From: Mobula hypostoma | Lineage: Eukaryota | Direction: 5' to 3' | Assembly: GCF_963921235.1 (NCBI RefSeq) | Contig: NC_086126.1 | Location: 17,856,001-17,920,000 of the forward strand | Length of the DNA stretch: 64,000 bases | In this document: piece after piece, positions 1 through 13,154 of the stretch | Layout of the letters: each line of letters begins with the position of its first letter | Position numbering within the stretch: position 1 is the first letter of the stretch | Notes under the pieces: generated by a model | What the model saw: the letters and a program-made list of their open reading frames with translations, nothing else | The model's database searches: none | Told to the model about the DNA's origin: nothing | Program-made: the position numbers and the translations under genes

Positions 1-424
1 TAAACTTTTGTAGCTGGTACCTGATTGAAGGTCAGTTGGCAAAGTCGCCGGGTAGTTTATCATATATCTTCCCCCTGAAGTCCATCCTCAGAGACAGATC
101 CCTCTCTCAAGACGCCCCCTCCCCTCTCACATAGGATTCAGCAGTTCCCAATCAACTCAGCTGAATCGGGCCTTGGGATGCGAGGTGCGGAATCTCAGTC
201 ACGCCCTCCTGGAGCGGGAGAAGGAACTGGGCCTGCAGACCACTCCACCGGTCTCACTCTCTCTCACTCACACACAGCCCGAGTGAAACACAGTGTTTCA
301 CTTCAAATCTGGGACGTCACGGCCGCTCTGAATGTCAGAGAGGTACCGGGAATATCGGGTTTTATGCGAGAAGTTCCCCCGCAAAACTCAGTCGGACCCG
401 CAGCGGGAATTACAAAATTCATGA

Positions 425-464
425 TCAGCTCTTTTCTGAGATGTGGGTGGCTCTGAGAAGAGCC
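425..464 (-). terminator. Histone 3' stem-loop (449-464) and U7-binding downstream element of H1
   Basis: Minus strand GGCTCTTCTCAGAGCC followed by ACCCA, then AAAAGAGCTG. Confidence 0.96.
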
Positions 465-500
465 GTTGGGTTCAAACACTTACAAACGGTATATCTGAAT

Positions 501-1151
501 TCACTTTTTGCCTGCTGTCTTCTTGGCCGCCGCCTTCTTCGGGGCTGCGAGTTTCTTGGGGCTCTTTGGCTTCGACGCCGCTGGTTTCTTCGCTGTCGCC
601 TTTTTAGCCGCTGGTTTCTTAGTTGCTAGTTTTTTAGCTGCTGGTTTCTTAGTTGCTAGTTTTTTAGCCGCTGGTTTCTTAGTTGCTAGTTTTTTAGCCG
701 CTGGTTTCTTAGTTGCCGCTTTCTTAGCCGCTGGGTTCTTGGCGCCAGACTTCTTGCTGGGAGATTTCTTGATGGCGGATTTCTTTACCGATGGCTTGTT
801 CCCTTTCTTCACCGCTTTCACGGAGCTTTTTCCTTGACCGGATTTAAAGGATCCCGAAAGACCCGCGCCCTTGGTCTGAACCAAGGAGCCGCTTTCCACT
901 CTCTTCTTGATGCACATCCTGATCTGGGCGCGACGTTTCCCCACATCGACACCGCTGCTGGTCAGAGCCTTCATGATGGCCACAGCGGACATCCCCTTCC
1001 TATCGCGACAATCCGCCACAATCTTATCGATTTGTTCGCCCAGTTTGGGACCGGCTGGTTTGCTCCGGCCGGCCGCCTTCTTCTTGGGAGTCTTCTTTGC
1101 GGCGGCGGGTGCGGCTGGAGGAGCCGTTTCGGCGGGTGCTGTCTCGGTCAT
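501..1151 (-). CDS. H1: Linker histone H1, replication-dependent type, divergent globular domain
   Basis: 216-aa ORF: MTETAPAE N-tail, winged-helix end LVQTKGAGLSGSFK, Lys/Ala/Pro-rich C-tail with TPKK/SPKK motifs; intronless; followed by histone stem-loop. Confidence 0.97.
   Translation of the reverse strand: MTETAPAETAPPAAPAAAKKTPKKKAAGRSKPAGPKLGEQIDKIVADCRDRKGMSAVAIMKALTSSGVDVGKRRAQIRMCIKKRVESGSLVQTKGAGLSGSFKSGQGKSSVKAVKKGNKPSVKKSAIKKSPSKKSGAKNPAAKKAATKKPAAKKLATKKPAAKKLATKKPAAKKLATKKPAAKKATAKKPAASKPKSPKKLAAPKKAAAKKTAGKK
601..720. repeat. 30-bp tandem repeat (4 copies plus degenerate flanks) in H1 tail
   Basis: Unit tttttagccgctggtttcttagttgctagt at 601, 631, 661, 691; encodes KKPAAKKLAT. 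Confidence 0.95.
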
Positions 1152-1221
1152 GTCGGCGACTCTGGAAAATGCTTCTCACAATCAGACTGAATGAGAACTG
1201 AAGCGAAAGGCGGCGATACAG

Positions 1222-1300
1222 AGCATTTTAAAGGCAGCGAGCGGACGGGGCGGAGACATCCCGCTGTCAGCTCCCAGAGACTTTATTTTTCTGTGTTTCT
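1222..1300 (-). promoter_or_regulatory. H1 proximal promoter: TATA-like TTTAAAA, GC box, H1 AC-box
   Basis: TTTAAAA near 1226-1232, GGGGCGGAG near 1247-1255, minus-strand AAACACA at 1292-1298. Confidence 0.8.
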
Positions 1301-1645
1301 CTCTCGTCAAAAACTCTCCGATTCCAATTAAAATCGGACACTCCGGAGACTCAGACTGGTCCCTGTCCGTCACTGAGGCCGCAAAGTTCGCTGGAAAGAG
1401 AGTTTAATCGGGATTAAAGGCAGCACTTTCTATTTTAACCCATTTGATTACTGCACTGCCCGCGATCTCTTTCCATTTTGTTGACCTGTTCTCTGCTTTT
1501 CGGCTGAAATTTTGAAACGAACTAAAACTTTGCGGTTAATTCCCGCTTCGGGACTGAGCTGGGGAGTGGGACCATCCCGTAACAGAGAAATCTTTTCATT
1601 TTGTACAGGAGGCGCTGGGAAATCCGGCGATGTGTTCGGGCCCAC

Positions 1646-1653
1646 AAACACAG
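1646..1653 (-). promoter_or_regulatory. H1 upstream TG-box (inverted copy of the AC-box)
   Basis: Minus strand CTGTGTTT; offset from AC-box is 354 bp (1292 to 1646). Confidence 0.65.
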
Positions 1654-1694
1654 TGATACTCGTCTAATCCGCCCGCCGCTTTAAAACACTCTCT

Positions 1695-1850
1695 CTGCAT
1701 CAGCAAGACAGGCAGCATCAATGGTGAGAATAAACAGTGGACATTTCGGGCCGAGACCCTTCATCAGGACTCTGGTAGGATATGCTGCCTGACTTGCTGG
1801 GTTCCTCAAGCATTTTGGCCGCGTTGTTCGCCTTTCCCAGAATCTCTTGG
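1695..1850. mobile_element. Fold-back Penelope terminal-repeat derivative with hammerhead motif on minus strand (1735-1771)
   Basis: Minus strand AGTC-CTGATGA-AGGGTCTCGGCCC-GAAA-TG-TC-CACT; arms cagcaagacaggcagcat and atgctgcctgacttgctg are inverted. Confidence 0.8.
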
Positions 1851-1989
1851 CGTTATGCTGACACAATGTTCACGTCTGCACCTTCAGAGGCCTGTACTGC
1901 TATCAAAATAAAACGACAGGTTCCTTGTCATATAACACGGTGATAAATCTGATTCTGATTCCAAGGAATAAAGGACAAAGGACATTGTC

Positions 1990-4110
1990 TGGCCAAACTG
2001 ACTGTGTAACTGAGATCCTCGGGTCCGGGAAATATACCTTGGAAATCTTTTCTACACTTTCCCCAGTTTAACCACGTTTCCTATAATGGTGACAGGAGCT
2101 GTATACAAATCGGCAAGTGTGGCCTCCAGTCATTTACACAACTGTGACATAATGTCACAACTGATATACTCTATCCCCGACTAATGAACGCCAGCATGTT
2201 AAACCCCGTTCTTCACCACCCTGTCTACCAGTGACACAACTTTCAATGAACTGTGTGTTCACTTTACCCCTAAATCTGTCCGGCCCATTCCACTCCCCAA
2301 TGACCGATCATTCATAGTGTAAGTTCTACACTGGTTTGACTTTCCAATATGCACCGCCTCACACTTATCTGTATTGAAATGCATTTGCCACACTTCGCAC
2401 TCTTCCCTAAGTGATCACCAGCACCCTGTAATCCGCGACATCCTTCCAAGTAAAGTTGAGGGAAGTTACTCCAACTCATTAATAAAACTTTTGTGCACTG
2501 GCATTGATCAGTGAAGGTGATTAGTATCAAATTCAAAATCATGTTCATTATCACGGACATATGTCATTAACTTCGTTGTTTTGCTACAGCAGTACAGAGC
2601 AATTTCTACAAATAAACAGTTAAAATAAGAAATACAGAATAAACTAAATCGTGTAAAAAGAGGATCAGGGAGGGGTGTGAGTCCGAAGATGAGAATAGGA
2701 AACCAAAAACCTTGTCCATTCTTGCCTCTCTTTTACTCTTCATATATCTGAAAATAAATCTTTTCGTATGTTGTTTCTATTATTGGCGAGTTACTTTCAT
2801 AATTCATCTGACTTCTTTATATTATTATTATAGTTGTGCTCTGGTTTTTAAAGTTTCATAATCCTTTACCTTCCCATTAAATTTGATGATATTCTTTGCC
2901 CTCTCAAGTTCTTTTATGCTGCCTTTGTCTTCTGTTGTTAGTGATGTTTGCCTCATCCTCCCTTTTAAATACTGTTTCTGCTGAGGGATGAACCGATCCT
3001 GTTTCTGCCAAATTTCTCCTGGAGACTGAAACTTTTCATACAAGGTAATATGAGGAAGTTGAAATGCCCAACTGCTGTAAGCTTGTTCCCATTACCCCTC
3101 TGTGTGATTTACTAATATGTCTGCTGCACAATATCTGAGCTGATTGGGAGGCCGGCAGTATAATCCCATCAAAATCATCATTCATCATTTTATTTAAAAC
3201 CTATACTTACAAGACCTCATCAAAACCCCTCTTATTCCTGCAGTGTTGGTCTCCTTAATCAAAGATGCAACATCCCCCACCAATAAGGTAGCTTTTAAAT
3301 GTTTCCCCTTCACCTTAAACAATTACCATGTAAATTTAGGCTTCCCTACCCTACAAAAAGAGTGCTCACCTACTGATTTTGTAAACCTCTGGACGGTCAC
3401 CAGACAGCTCCTTACTCTCTCAGTAGAGAGAAAGAGAGTCCAAGTCTGTCCAGCTTCTGCTGATAATTAAAGTCCTCCAGTGTCAGTAACATCCTCATCA
3501 AACTTCCCTCCACACTTGCCAGCTTCATGACATCCTTCCTGCAACTGGATGACCAGAACTGTGCAAAATACAGCCTGGTCTCACTTTGACTTTTACAGCT
3601 GTCATATGGCATCCCAAATTCTCTACTCAATTCCCTGATCAATGAAGACAAATAGGCCAAACACCACCTTCACCATCCTGACTACCTGTGTTGTCACTTT
3701 CAGTGAATGATGTTTCTGTATTTCATGGACCCTCTGTTCTGTAATACTCTCCAAGGGACAAGAATTTACTGTGCAGATCCTTCCCTGGTTGAACTTCTCA
3801 TAATGCAACACCTCAAACTTGTCCACGTCAATATCCTTCTGCCATTCTTTGGCCGACTTCCCCAGTTAATCTCCATCCTATTGTACTCTCACACAATCTT
3901 CACAGTCCACACTACCACCAACATTGCTGTCATCTGCAAACTCACTGTCACTACAGTGTCAGAGAAATTGTTAATGTAGATGACAACTGACAGTACCAGC
4001 ACCGATCCCTGTGACTGTCACTGGTCAGAGGCCTCCAACCTGAATAACAAGCTGCCATGACCACCCTCTGTCTCCTTCCATCAAGACAAGTATCTTGTCT
4101 GGCATCCCCT
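1990..4110 (-). mobile_element. Several degenerate CR1 LINE fragments
   Basis: Broken ORF2 motifs such as KCGKCIS, FAQFWSSSCRKDVMKL, DKFEVLHY; short Rex1-like tail fragments interspersed. Confidence 0.7.
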
Positions 4111-4689
4111 CTGTTCTAAATGTGTAATACAAAAGAAATAAAGATTAAATCAAAATATATCTACCTATGGCCTACATCTCTCAGAAGAGATGAAACCTCA
4201 ACTCCCCACTCCAATTCTGGCCCACTCATACAATGACCGCTCTGGTTAAGTCTAACTTCTTTTTATTGGATCTTGCCACGTTCCGAATTATGGGCAATCA
4301 AACATTTCCTTGGGAACTGTGACATGCAAAATGTGCCAACTGCTCATGTTCTCTTCATTCAAACTCCCTCTCCCTTTACATAATCTGATGACTGTGTGGG
4401 ACTGTGGCACTCAAAACTGTGGACTGCAGGAAACCATAGTACACGCCTGCACTGTTCTACAAGGCCACAAATGATTAAAAAGACACTGTATAACAAACAC
4501 TGGAATTCCCCAACTGAGATGAATGGGGAGGCTGGATAACTGAAAAGATTCAAAGAGAAGGAAGATAAATGTTTTGTAAAATCAGGGAAGTGGGATTGAC
4601 ATACAAGGAAGGCTGATGGCAGATCAGCCTTTATATGCAATTGTGGGTGAGGGACTAAGAGGACACACTGGAGATTTCATCCAGTGAGA

Positions 4690-7600
4690 CAATGTGGATT
4701 GAGCTCAGGATAAGAGAGGTGCATTCACTGATGGGGTTATATCACAGGCCTCCCAAATGCCAGCAGGAGATAAAGGAACAGAAATGTAGCAGGTAATGAA
4801 ATATGTAAAAGCAACAGGGTAGTTGTATTGGGTGACTAATTTCCCCAATATTGACTGGGACTCCCTTAGAGTCAGGGGCTCAGATATCACCAAATATGTT
4901 AGAAGAATACTGGGATGTTACTTAACATAGAAGTGGATAGTCTAACCCGGGAAGGGGGTCAGAGAAAACATTGTATTGGGAAATGAGCCTGGCCATTAAT
5001 AGAAGTTTCATTTTGGGAACAGTAAATAAGGACAGACTGGACCTGGTGGTAATGTGGTCATTTGGGGTACAATTAATTGCAACTGTCTACATTGAACATG
5101 TAAATGATGTTTAAGAGCAATCAGGTCAGAGTTCAGACAGAACTGTTTCTATGAGGAGGAAACACAAGGATGGTAAAGTCTGGCAGAGGGGCATAGTGAG
5201 AGACGTTATGAATTCAGACTGAAAGAAAATGAAGAATAAGGAATATTTCAGAAGTCGAAATTGGAGAAGGCCTCTGGCAACATGAAACAAGCAAGAGAGA
5301 AGTTAGAGAGAGAATCAGAAGTGTGAAACGGGAAGAAGAAATAACTTTGGTGAGAAGGGGCACTGTGGAGAGGGTACGACAACACAAGCACAGAGGATGG
5401 GTTTATGTCTGAAGTGTGCGAGGGACTCAACCAGTGCTTCACATCAGTATTCATCAATGTGGTCATGGAGGATAGTGAGATCAGAGAAGAGAATGCTGAT
5501 ATTCCAGGGCATGTTGTTCCTCAGGCAATAGAACAAATTATAGATTGGTGAGTCTTGGATCAATGCTCGGGAAATTATTCGAGAATATTATTAGAGATAG
5601 AATCTCTAATAAAAGTTAGGAGGGTAAAAGGAGGATATCATGATTCAGAAGGCAAAGTGAGCAAAATCCGAGAGATTTTCTTGGTATATTCATAGGAAAA
5701 GGTAAGTTAGACACAGAATCATTCCCTTATGTGGAGGCAAATGAAATAGGAGAGGCTTTCCATGAATATTTCTGACAGTTATTTCACCATTGCAAAAATT
5801 CTTTAATGTTGTTCAATCTCCAGGGCCTGATCAGGTACATTCTCGTACTTTGTGGGAAGCTGGAGAATACACTGTGGAGGCCAGGGGAGAGATTATTTTG
5901 CTTCATCTCAGGCACCAGTTGAGGTTGCACATGATTGGACAGGGTGAGCAATGTGGAATTGATAGTTTTGAGGCCAAGACTGTGGATGATATGAAGAGGC
6001 AGGCAGTGTTGAGGAAGCAGGGAGTCTGCAGTAGCACTTGGACAGATTTGGAGAATGGACAAGGAAGTGCCAGATGAAATACAGTGTAATGAAGTGTGTG
6101 GTCATGTACTCTGGTAGGAGGAATAACAGCCTAGGCTCTTTCTAATCAGGGAGAGAACAGAAATCAGTTGTGCAAAGGGTCTTCGTGCACGATTCCCTAA
6201 AGGTTAATGTACACATTGAGTTGGTAGTGAGGAAGGCAAATGCAATATTTGCATGCATTTCAAGAGAACTAGAAAATAAAAACAAGGATCTAATGCTGAG
6301 GCTTTGGTCAGACCTCGTTTGGAGTATCATGAGCAGGGTTGGGTCACTTCTCTAAGAAAGGATGTGCTGGCATTGCAGAGGCTGTAGTGGAAATTCACGA
6401 GAATGATCCCAGGACTGAAAGAGTTAGGATATAATAATCATTTGATGATCTGGGCCTGCAGTCACTGGAGTCCAGAAGAATGAGGGAGAATCTTATAGAA
6501 ACACATTGAATAGTGAACGGCCTAGATAGCGTTGATGTGAGAGTATGTTTCCAATAATAGAGGAACCTAGAACCAAAGCACACCCTCAATAAAAGATGCC
6601 CCTCTAGAATAGAGATGAGTAATTTCTTCAGTCAGAAGGTGATGAATCAATGGATTTCATTTCCACAGGCTGCCATAAAGGCAGTCAGTAGATTTATTTA
6701 AAGCAGAGGTTAGTAGATTTTTAATTATTATTAAGGGTATCAAAGTTTATGGGTAGAAGGCAGGAGAATGGGGTTGAGAGGGATATATGATGGAATGGCA
6801 GAACAGACTGAATGGGCCAAAAGGCCTAATCCTGCTCCTGTGACTTCAGGACTGATGGTTTATGCGGTGCCATTGTTTAAAAAGGGTAGTGGAAGCTACA
6901 GGCCCATCACTCTGTAATTTGTTGTAGGGGTTTCTGAAGAATGGGATCTACCAACATTTGGTTTGATTCAAGACAGTCAGCACAGTTTTGTGCAAGGGAA
7001 ATCAAGGCAAATTTCTTGAAGCTCTTTGAGGAGTTTCACAAGGACGTAGATGAGGTTAGGCCTGTGGATGTTGTCTGTATGGACATTGGCCAGGCCTTTG
7101 ACTATAGTCTGGAAGGTTAGATCTAGAAAACGGAATCTGGGGAGATAGTTGATTGATTTCATAATTCCCTCTGTGACAGGAGGCAGAGGCTGATGGTTGA
7201 AGGTTGTGTCTCAGACTGGAGCTGTCTGTCTAGTGATGTGCCACTGGGTGGTGGGACCTTTGTTGTTTGTAATTTATATAAATAATGTCCATGTGAATGT
7301 ATAATTCACTGAAAGTGACGTCTCAGCTAGATACGGTGGTGAAGATGGGGTTTGATCTGCCAGCCTTCATCATTCATGTCACTGAGTACAAGAGCTGAGA
7401 AGAAGTGTTGCAGATACACAAGTCTTTGGTGAGGACTGATTAAAGGAAACCATGCTGATGTTGGCCTATTTTTTCATGTGTTGCCAAGTACCCGAAAATA
7501 TATCCTTGACAATTGACTCCATCATCTTCCCAAACACTGAGATCGGACTAGCTGGCCTATGATTTGCTTTCTTCTGCTTCCCTCTCTTCTTTAAGAGTGG

Positions 7601-9545
7601 ATGACCTTTGCAATTTTCCTGTTCTCTGGAACCACACCAGAATCCAGAGATTATGGAAAAAACATTACTAAAACTGCCACAATCTCTTCGGCCACATCTT
7701 TCATAGCACCGGTGTAGATAATCTGGTCCAGGTGAATTATCTAACCTCAGAACTTTCAGTTTTCCAAGGACCATCTCCCTAGTAAAGGCAAAATCTCTCA
7801 TTTCTGCCCCCTGATTCTCTCGAATTTCCAGCAGACTGCTGATGACTTCGCCAGTGAAGACCGATGCACAATACTTATTCAGTTTGTCTGCCATTTTCCT
7901 GTACCGCATTACTACCCCTCCAGTAACAACTTCCAATGAACCAATATCTACTGTTGCCTCTCTTTTACACTTTCTATATCTGAAGTAACTTCTGGTAACT
8001 TCTTTAATACCAGTAGCTCGCTTACCTTCGTATTCCTAATTTTTCCTCTCTTTATGACTTTTCTCGTTGCCTTTTGTTGGTTTTAAAAGTTGTAAATCCT
8101 CTGAGAGTCAGGGACATCTCAGAGCAGATACAGAACAGGGGGACGGTGATCATTCAGCTGGAGATGGTGATTCACGTCAGTACTAATGGACAGGTAGAAA
8201 AGGGACAATGTCCCACAGTGAATATAGAGAGGGAAGAAGTTATGGAGCAGAACCTGAAATGTTGTAATCTCCAGTTTACTCCCAGTGCCCTGTGGTACTA
8301 GGGATACAAACAGAAAGTGAGAGCAGATGACTGTGTGGCTGAGGAGCTGATACAGGGACAGGGTTTCAGGATTACGGAACATTGGAACCTCTTCTGGTGC
8401 TGGGGTGACCTGTACAAGATGGATAGTTTGCACCTTCACTGGAGGGGGCGTCAGTATCATGAAGTTAATTGCTGCTCCCTATGAGGGTTGAAACGAGATT
8501 GACAGGGGGATGTGAAACAGAACACCAGTCACTGAATGGAGAGATTGAAGCTGAGTTCGATGCCAGGCACAGCAATATGTAATGATGGATTTTGAGTCAA
8601 ATCCACATCAGACCTGGAGTTTGTTTAAGGACCAGTGCAGTGTTTCAGGGTCAGTTTGTTCCAGTAAGAGGGAGGGTCAAGGATGGCAAGGTTCAGGAAC
8701 CTTGGATGATGAGACAAGAATTTAATCAAGGAGGAGGAAGAAGCATAAGTAAGGCTCAGGAAGCTGGAATCAAACAGGGTGTTTGAGGACTATACTTAAA
8801 AAACAGGGGAACTCAAGAACATTCGGAGAGCTGGAAACAGTGATGAAAAATCTCCGGCAAGTAGGATTGAAGATAATCCCATTGCATTCCATACATTCGC
8901 TGTGGTGAAAAGGATACCTAGGGCTGCACTTTGGGAGATCCAACATCAGGGGTGTGCACAGTTAATGGTAGGAACATTAACAGTGTTGACAAAGAGAAGG
9001 ATATTGAGGTTCAGAGACATCGGTTCCCTAAAACTGGGAGCACAGGTTGACAGGGAGGTAAAGTCGGTGTATGGCATGTTTACCTTCATCAGGCAAGGCA
9101 TTGAGTTCAAGCACCAGGACATGATGTTACAGGTTTATAAAATGCTGGTGAGGCCACATTGAGAGTACAGTGTTCAGTTCTGATCACATCATTATAGGAA
9201 GCATGTGGAGGGTTTGGAACAGGATGTCTGGAGGAGGTGTGCGCTGAGGAGAGGCTCGACATGCTGAAACTTTTTCTTCTGAAGTGGCGTCGGCTCAGGA
9301 GAGATTTGATAGAAACCTGTGGAATTTTGTGGTCATAGTTGGTGTAGACAGCCAGTAATATTTTTCACAAAAGGGATGTATTTAAGCTCAGAGGAAGAAA
9401 GTGAAGACAACAGATTGATGGAGACATGGAATGCACTGTCAGGGGTGGTGGCAGAGGCAGAGAGCGCAGGAGTATTTAAGGAAATCTTAGACAGACACAG
9501 GAATATGTAGAGAAGGGCCAAAGGGCCACTCCTGTACTGTCCTTT
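4690..9545. mobile_element. Patchwork of degenerate CR1 LINE pieces (mostly plus; about 7445-8095 minus)
   Basis: KSPGPD-type motifs, VVRKANAIFACISR, KMLVRPH, ORF1 esterase remnant at about 8100-8500, CR1-type 3' tails near 6830 and 9530. Confidence 0.8.
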
Positions 9546-9607
9546 GTTCTCTGAACAGCAGATGGCCCCTGGGCATGGATCCGTGCATGAGACTGGGATA
9601 TTATATT

Positions 9608-9860
9608 TAAAAGTTAAAGTCTGTCCCGAGCCTTGTGGCCCATCAGGCCGGTGCTTATGCCGGTTTCTGTGGCGTAAAGCGACTGAGAGTACGAGACTAC
9701 CCCCCACCCCACCCCATAGGTCGCCAGTCTATCGCGAGGTTAACCCCCAGCATTTGCCCGTCCCCATTTTCAGCTGGGTGGACTGGAGCAGTGTGTGGTT
9801 ATCCCCAACAGAAAATGGTTGTCGGAGGGGCAGGACCGGCAACTCAAGTTTCACAGTACA
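9608..9860 (-). mobile_element. SINE-like element (central domain plus 3' tail), family unassigned
   Basis: Minus strand ccagtccacccagctgaaaatgggg...ggggttaacctcgcgatagactggc...gaaaccggcataagcaccggcctgatgggccac with short ACTTT tail; resembles metazoan tRNA-SINEs from memory only. Confidence 0.55.
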
Positions 9861-10709
9861 AATGCTACAGGTACGATGGAGTGGAGGAGAGAGAGACGGA
9901 GAGAACATCTCAGTGGTACTTAGAGAAGACATCCCTGGGGATTGCCCCATCATGTGGACTGGGACCGCCGCATTGCAATAGGGTTGGTGGAGCAGAATTT
10001 ATTCTGTGTCCGGTTTTATCCATCAGTGTTTAGAAGTTCCAACTAGAGTCAGGACAGCACTGAATCTCCTTGTCGATCCACCCACCCCCTCCCTTTTCTC
10101 CCTGGCACAAACAAAAGTCTGTTCTCTGAGCGACCCACCGCCTCACAGAGGGAGCCGTGTCTCGGGAGGTCTGACCAAACTGACCCTTTCTTTGCAAAAT
10201 GTTCATTTATATTTCAGAGACCCAGGTGGACGAGATTTTTAGTAAATACTGTCAGTTCCACAGGGTAAATGTACTTTTCTAGATAAATGTTAAGCTGCAA
10301 ATATTATTGTTCTGTGAGGCGGTGGGAATTGCTCATGAAGCGATCGGCAGGCGGTGTTCCTGTCTGCTGTATACCGGAACGGTCCAGGGTCAACCCGCAA
10401 TGTGAAACCCAGACAACACGGTTTCAGGTCATGAAGACCGGAATCGTTCAATGATCGGAGATTAAATTCACCCTCCGGGGGCTGACTCTGGAAGTTCATT
10501 TCCCCACCCCGCAAGGGGACAGAGCTCCATTCAGCCAGCAGAGAGGGGGAATGAGTCAGGGTGAAGCGGACCGCGTACTGTGCAGATTTATACCGGTTTA
10601 ATTCGCGGAAGAAACACGACGGAAGGGGAGAAAACGTTACCAGGGATGGCTCCGGTCGGGGCCGTGACAGATACACAGCCCAGATACTCTGAACGGAAAT
10701 CACCCGCTG

Positions 10710-10752
10710 CTCAGCCCTTCCACAGTCACTGTGAGTGGCTCTGAAAAGAGCC
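10710..10752 (-). terminator. Histone 3' stem-loop (10737-10752) and downstream element of H2A
   Basis: Minus strand GGCTCTTTTCAGAGCC-ACTCA, then purine-rich GGAAGGGCTG. Confidence 0.93.
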
Positions 10753-10782
10753 TTTGGGTAAATAGGTTCAGCTTACGTCGCT

Positions 10783-11375
<593 letters not shown>

Positions 11376-12021
11376 CCGTCTCCTCCCCAAAGTACACTGA
11401 AAAATGGAAAAAGCCCGCCAAAACAAAAACCTATTGTTCAAATTTAATCTGAAATTAAATCATTGCTGATCTGTTTGACAACTGTGTCTTCGCATTTCCC
11501 TTTTACTGAAATCGGACACATTTAATGCAAGTGTAGTTGATATTGGAGTGTCTGGGAACTCAATTCTCTAATACTGTATCTTTGAATTCGGAAAAGAACC
11601 GAGTAAAAGTGATACTCCGCTTCTGCCCGGTGCCGGTCATTGTGTAAACGTTATCAGGTTATGGACAAACGGCTCTTCTCAAACTGTGACCAGCGTCTAG
11701 TCTGCAATTTTTTTTTTAAAGTTGTTCTATGAAAGAACCGTGTCGTCGTTCCGGCCTCGCATTGAAATGAGATTCAGAGAAGTTACTCAACTGTAACTAA
11801 TAAACTCCTGAACCCACAGCTAAAACAGCAACGGCAGCAAACCTCCGCTCGACATGTAAACCGGCAGTGACGGACTGATGGGGATGGGGAGGTAACAATT
11901 CCGTTTTAGGAATGTTAAACACCGGGATTATACGGGGAAGATGAACCGGGCATTCCAACCGCACTTTAGCTCTTGTAAAAGTCACCACACATAAAATATG
12001 CGCCATGTATTGCCGAAATAC

Positions 12022-12067
12022 TTGTACAACTCTCTCAGTGAAATCGTGAGTGGCTCTTAAAAGAGCC
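12022..12067 (-). terminator. Histone 3' stem-loop (12052-12067) and downstream element of first H2B
   Basis: Minus strand GGCTCTTTTAAGAGCC-ACTCA, then GAGAGAGTTGTA. Confidence 0.94.
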
Positions 12068-12098
12068 GTTGTGTTTTCGATCATCGCACTGGGGAGCT

Positions 12099-12473
12099 TT
12101 ACTTGGAGCTGGTGTACTTGGTCACCGCCTTTGTCCCTTCGGACACGGCGTGCTTGGCCAGCTCCCCGGGCAGCAGCAGGCGCACGGCGGTCTGGATCTC
12201 CCGTGAGGTGATGGTTGACCGCTTGTTGTAATGGGCCAGGCGGGAAGCCTCGCCCCCGATGCGCTCGAAGATATCGTTGACGAATGAGTTCATGATGCTC
12301 ATGGCCTTGGAAGAGATGCCGGTGTCGGGGTGAACCTGCTTCATCACTTTGTAGATGTAGATGGAGTAACTCTCCTTCCTCAGCCTTTTGCGCTTCTTCC
12401 CTGCCTTGCCCGCTGGTTTGGGCAGAGCTTTCTTGGCTCCCTTCTTCGGAGCAGGTTTCGCTGTCTCAGGCAT
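12099..12473 (-). CDS. H2B: Histone H2B, 124 aa
   Basis: [12 protein letters not shown]...[14 protein letters not shown]...AVTKYTSSK. Confidence 0.98.
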   Translation of the reverse strand: MPETAKPAPKKGAKKALPKPAGKAGKKRKRLRKESYSIYIYKVMKQVHPDTGISSKAMSIMNSFVNDIFERIGGEASRLAHYNKRSTITSREIQTAVRLLLPGELAKHAVSEGTKAVTKYTSSK

Positions 12474-12521
12474 TTCAGCTGACCGCTTCAGAAGCAGAAA
12501 TCAGTAAAATTGGCTCGGAGC

Positions 12522-12662
12522 ACGAATTAAATAGGCAGCGCCCAGAGGTGTATGCTAATGAGGGATGGGATGCCTAGGATTCTCAATGGCTATTTGAAAC
12601 AACGATTCCTGCAGAAAAATCAGTTGATTGGATAACTGAAGAAATTCGTTTAACCAATCAGA
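12522..12662 (-). promoter_or_regulatory. H2B promoter with TATA-like box, octamer variant and CCAAT boxes
   Basis: Minus strand TATTTAA near 12527-12533, ATTAGCAT at 12552-12559 (canonical H2B octamer is ATTTGCAT), CCAAT near 12626 and 12654. Confidence 0.8.
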
Positions 12663-13154
12663 ACTCCCTCTCCACTACTCAGTGTTCGTACTGGGTAACA
12701 CGGTGGACAGGGAATTGTCGCTGATCTGGTGAGTTGCCGCTGCCGGGTAATTCGGCAGGAAGGAAATCTAAAGTACAAAATGGACCAACTACAGCGGCAG
12801 TATTCGGCCATCTGGCCCATAGTATCTGCTAGAAAAGCAGATGGAATGAGAAAAACACACAGTTGATAATATGAGACTTTTCTGTAATGAAACAGGACAG
12901 CAGGAGACCGAAGGTCAAATGGACCAGGTGAAAGATAAATTTACTGCAGCAGCATCATAAACACATAGTATCCACGATACAGCGCTCACAAGAACTAAAC
13001 TTGCTGTACAAAATTGTAAAAAGAGAAGAGAACTTGAATCTCAAGACAGTCCATTGCAGTGTAAATTGATCAAAGTGGTGCTGTCTTGAGGTGGAGAGGA
13101 GCGTTGTTCAGGTTTGTTAAAGTACGTAATGTCTGTACTTGTACAGCGTGAGGA

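Noticed and set aside
508-1194. Plus-strand ORFs over H1 (also over H2B and H4)
   Set aside because: Antisense shadows of GC-rich, repetitive histone codons; no independent signals.
9636-9672. Hammerhead in the SINE tail (GAAAC...CTGATG on minus strand)
   Set aside because: Lacks the UH cleavage site, stem I and the full CUGANGA; only a simple hairpin.
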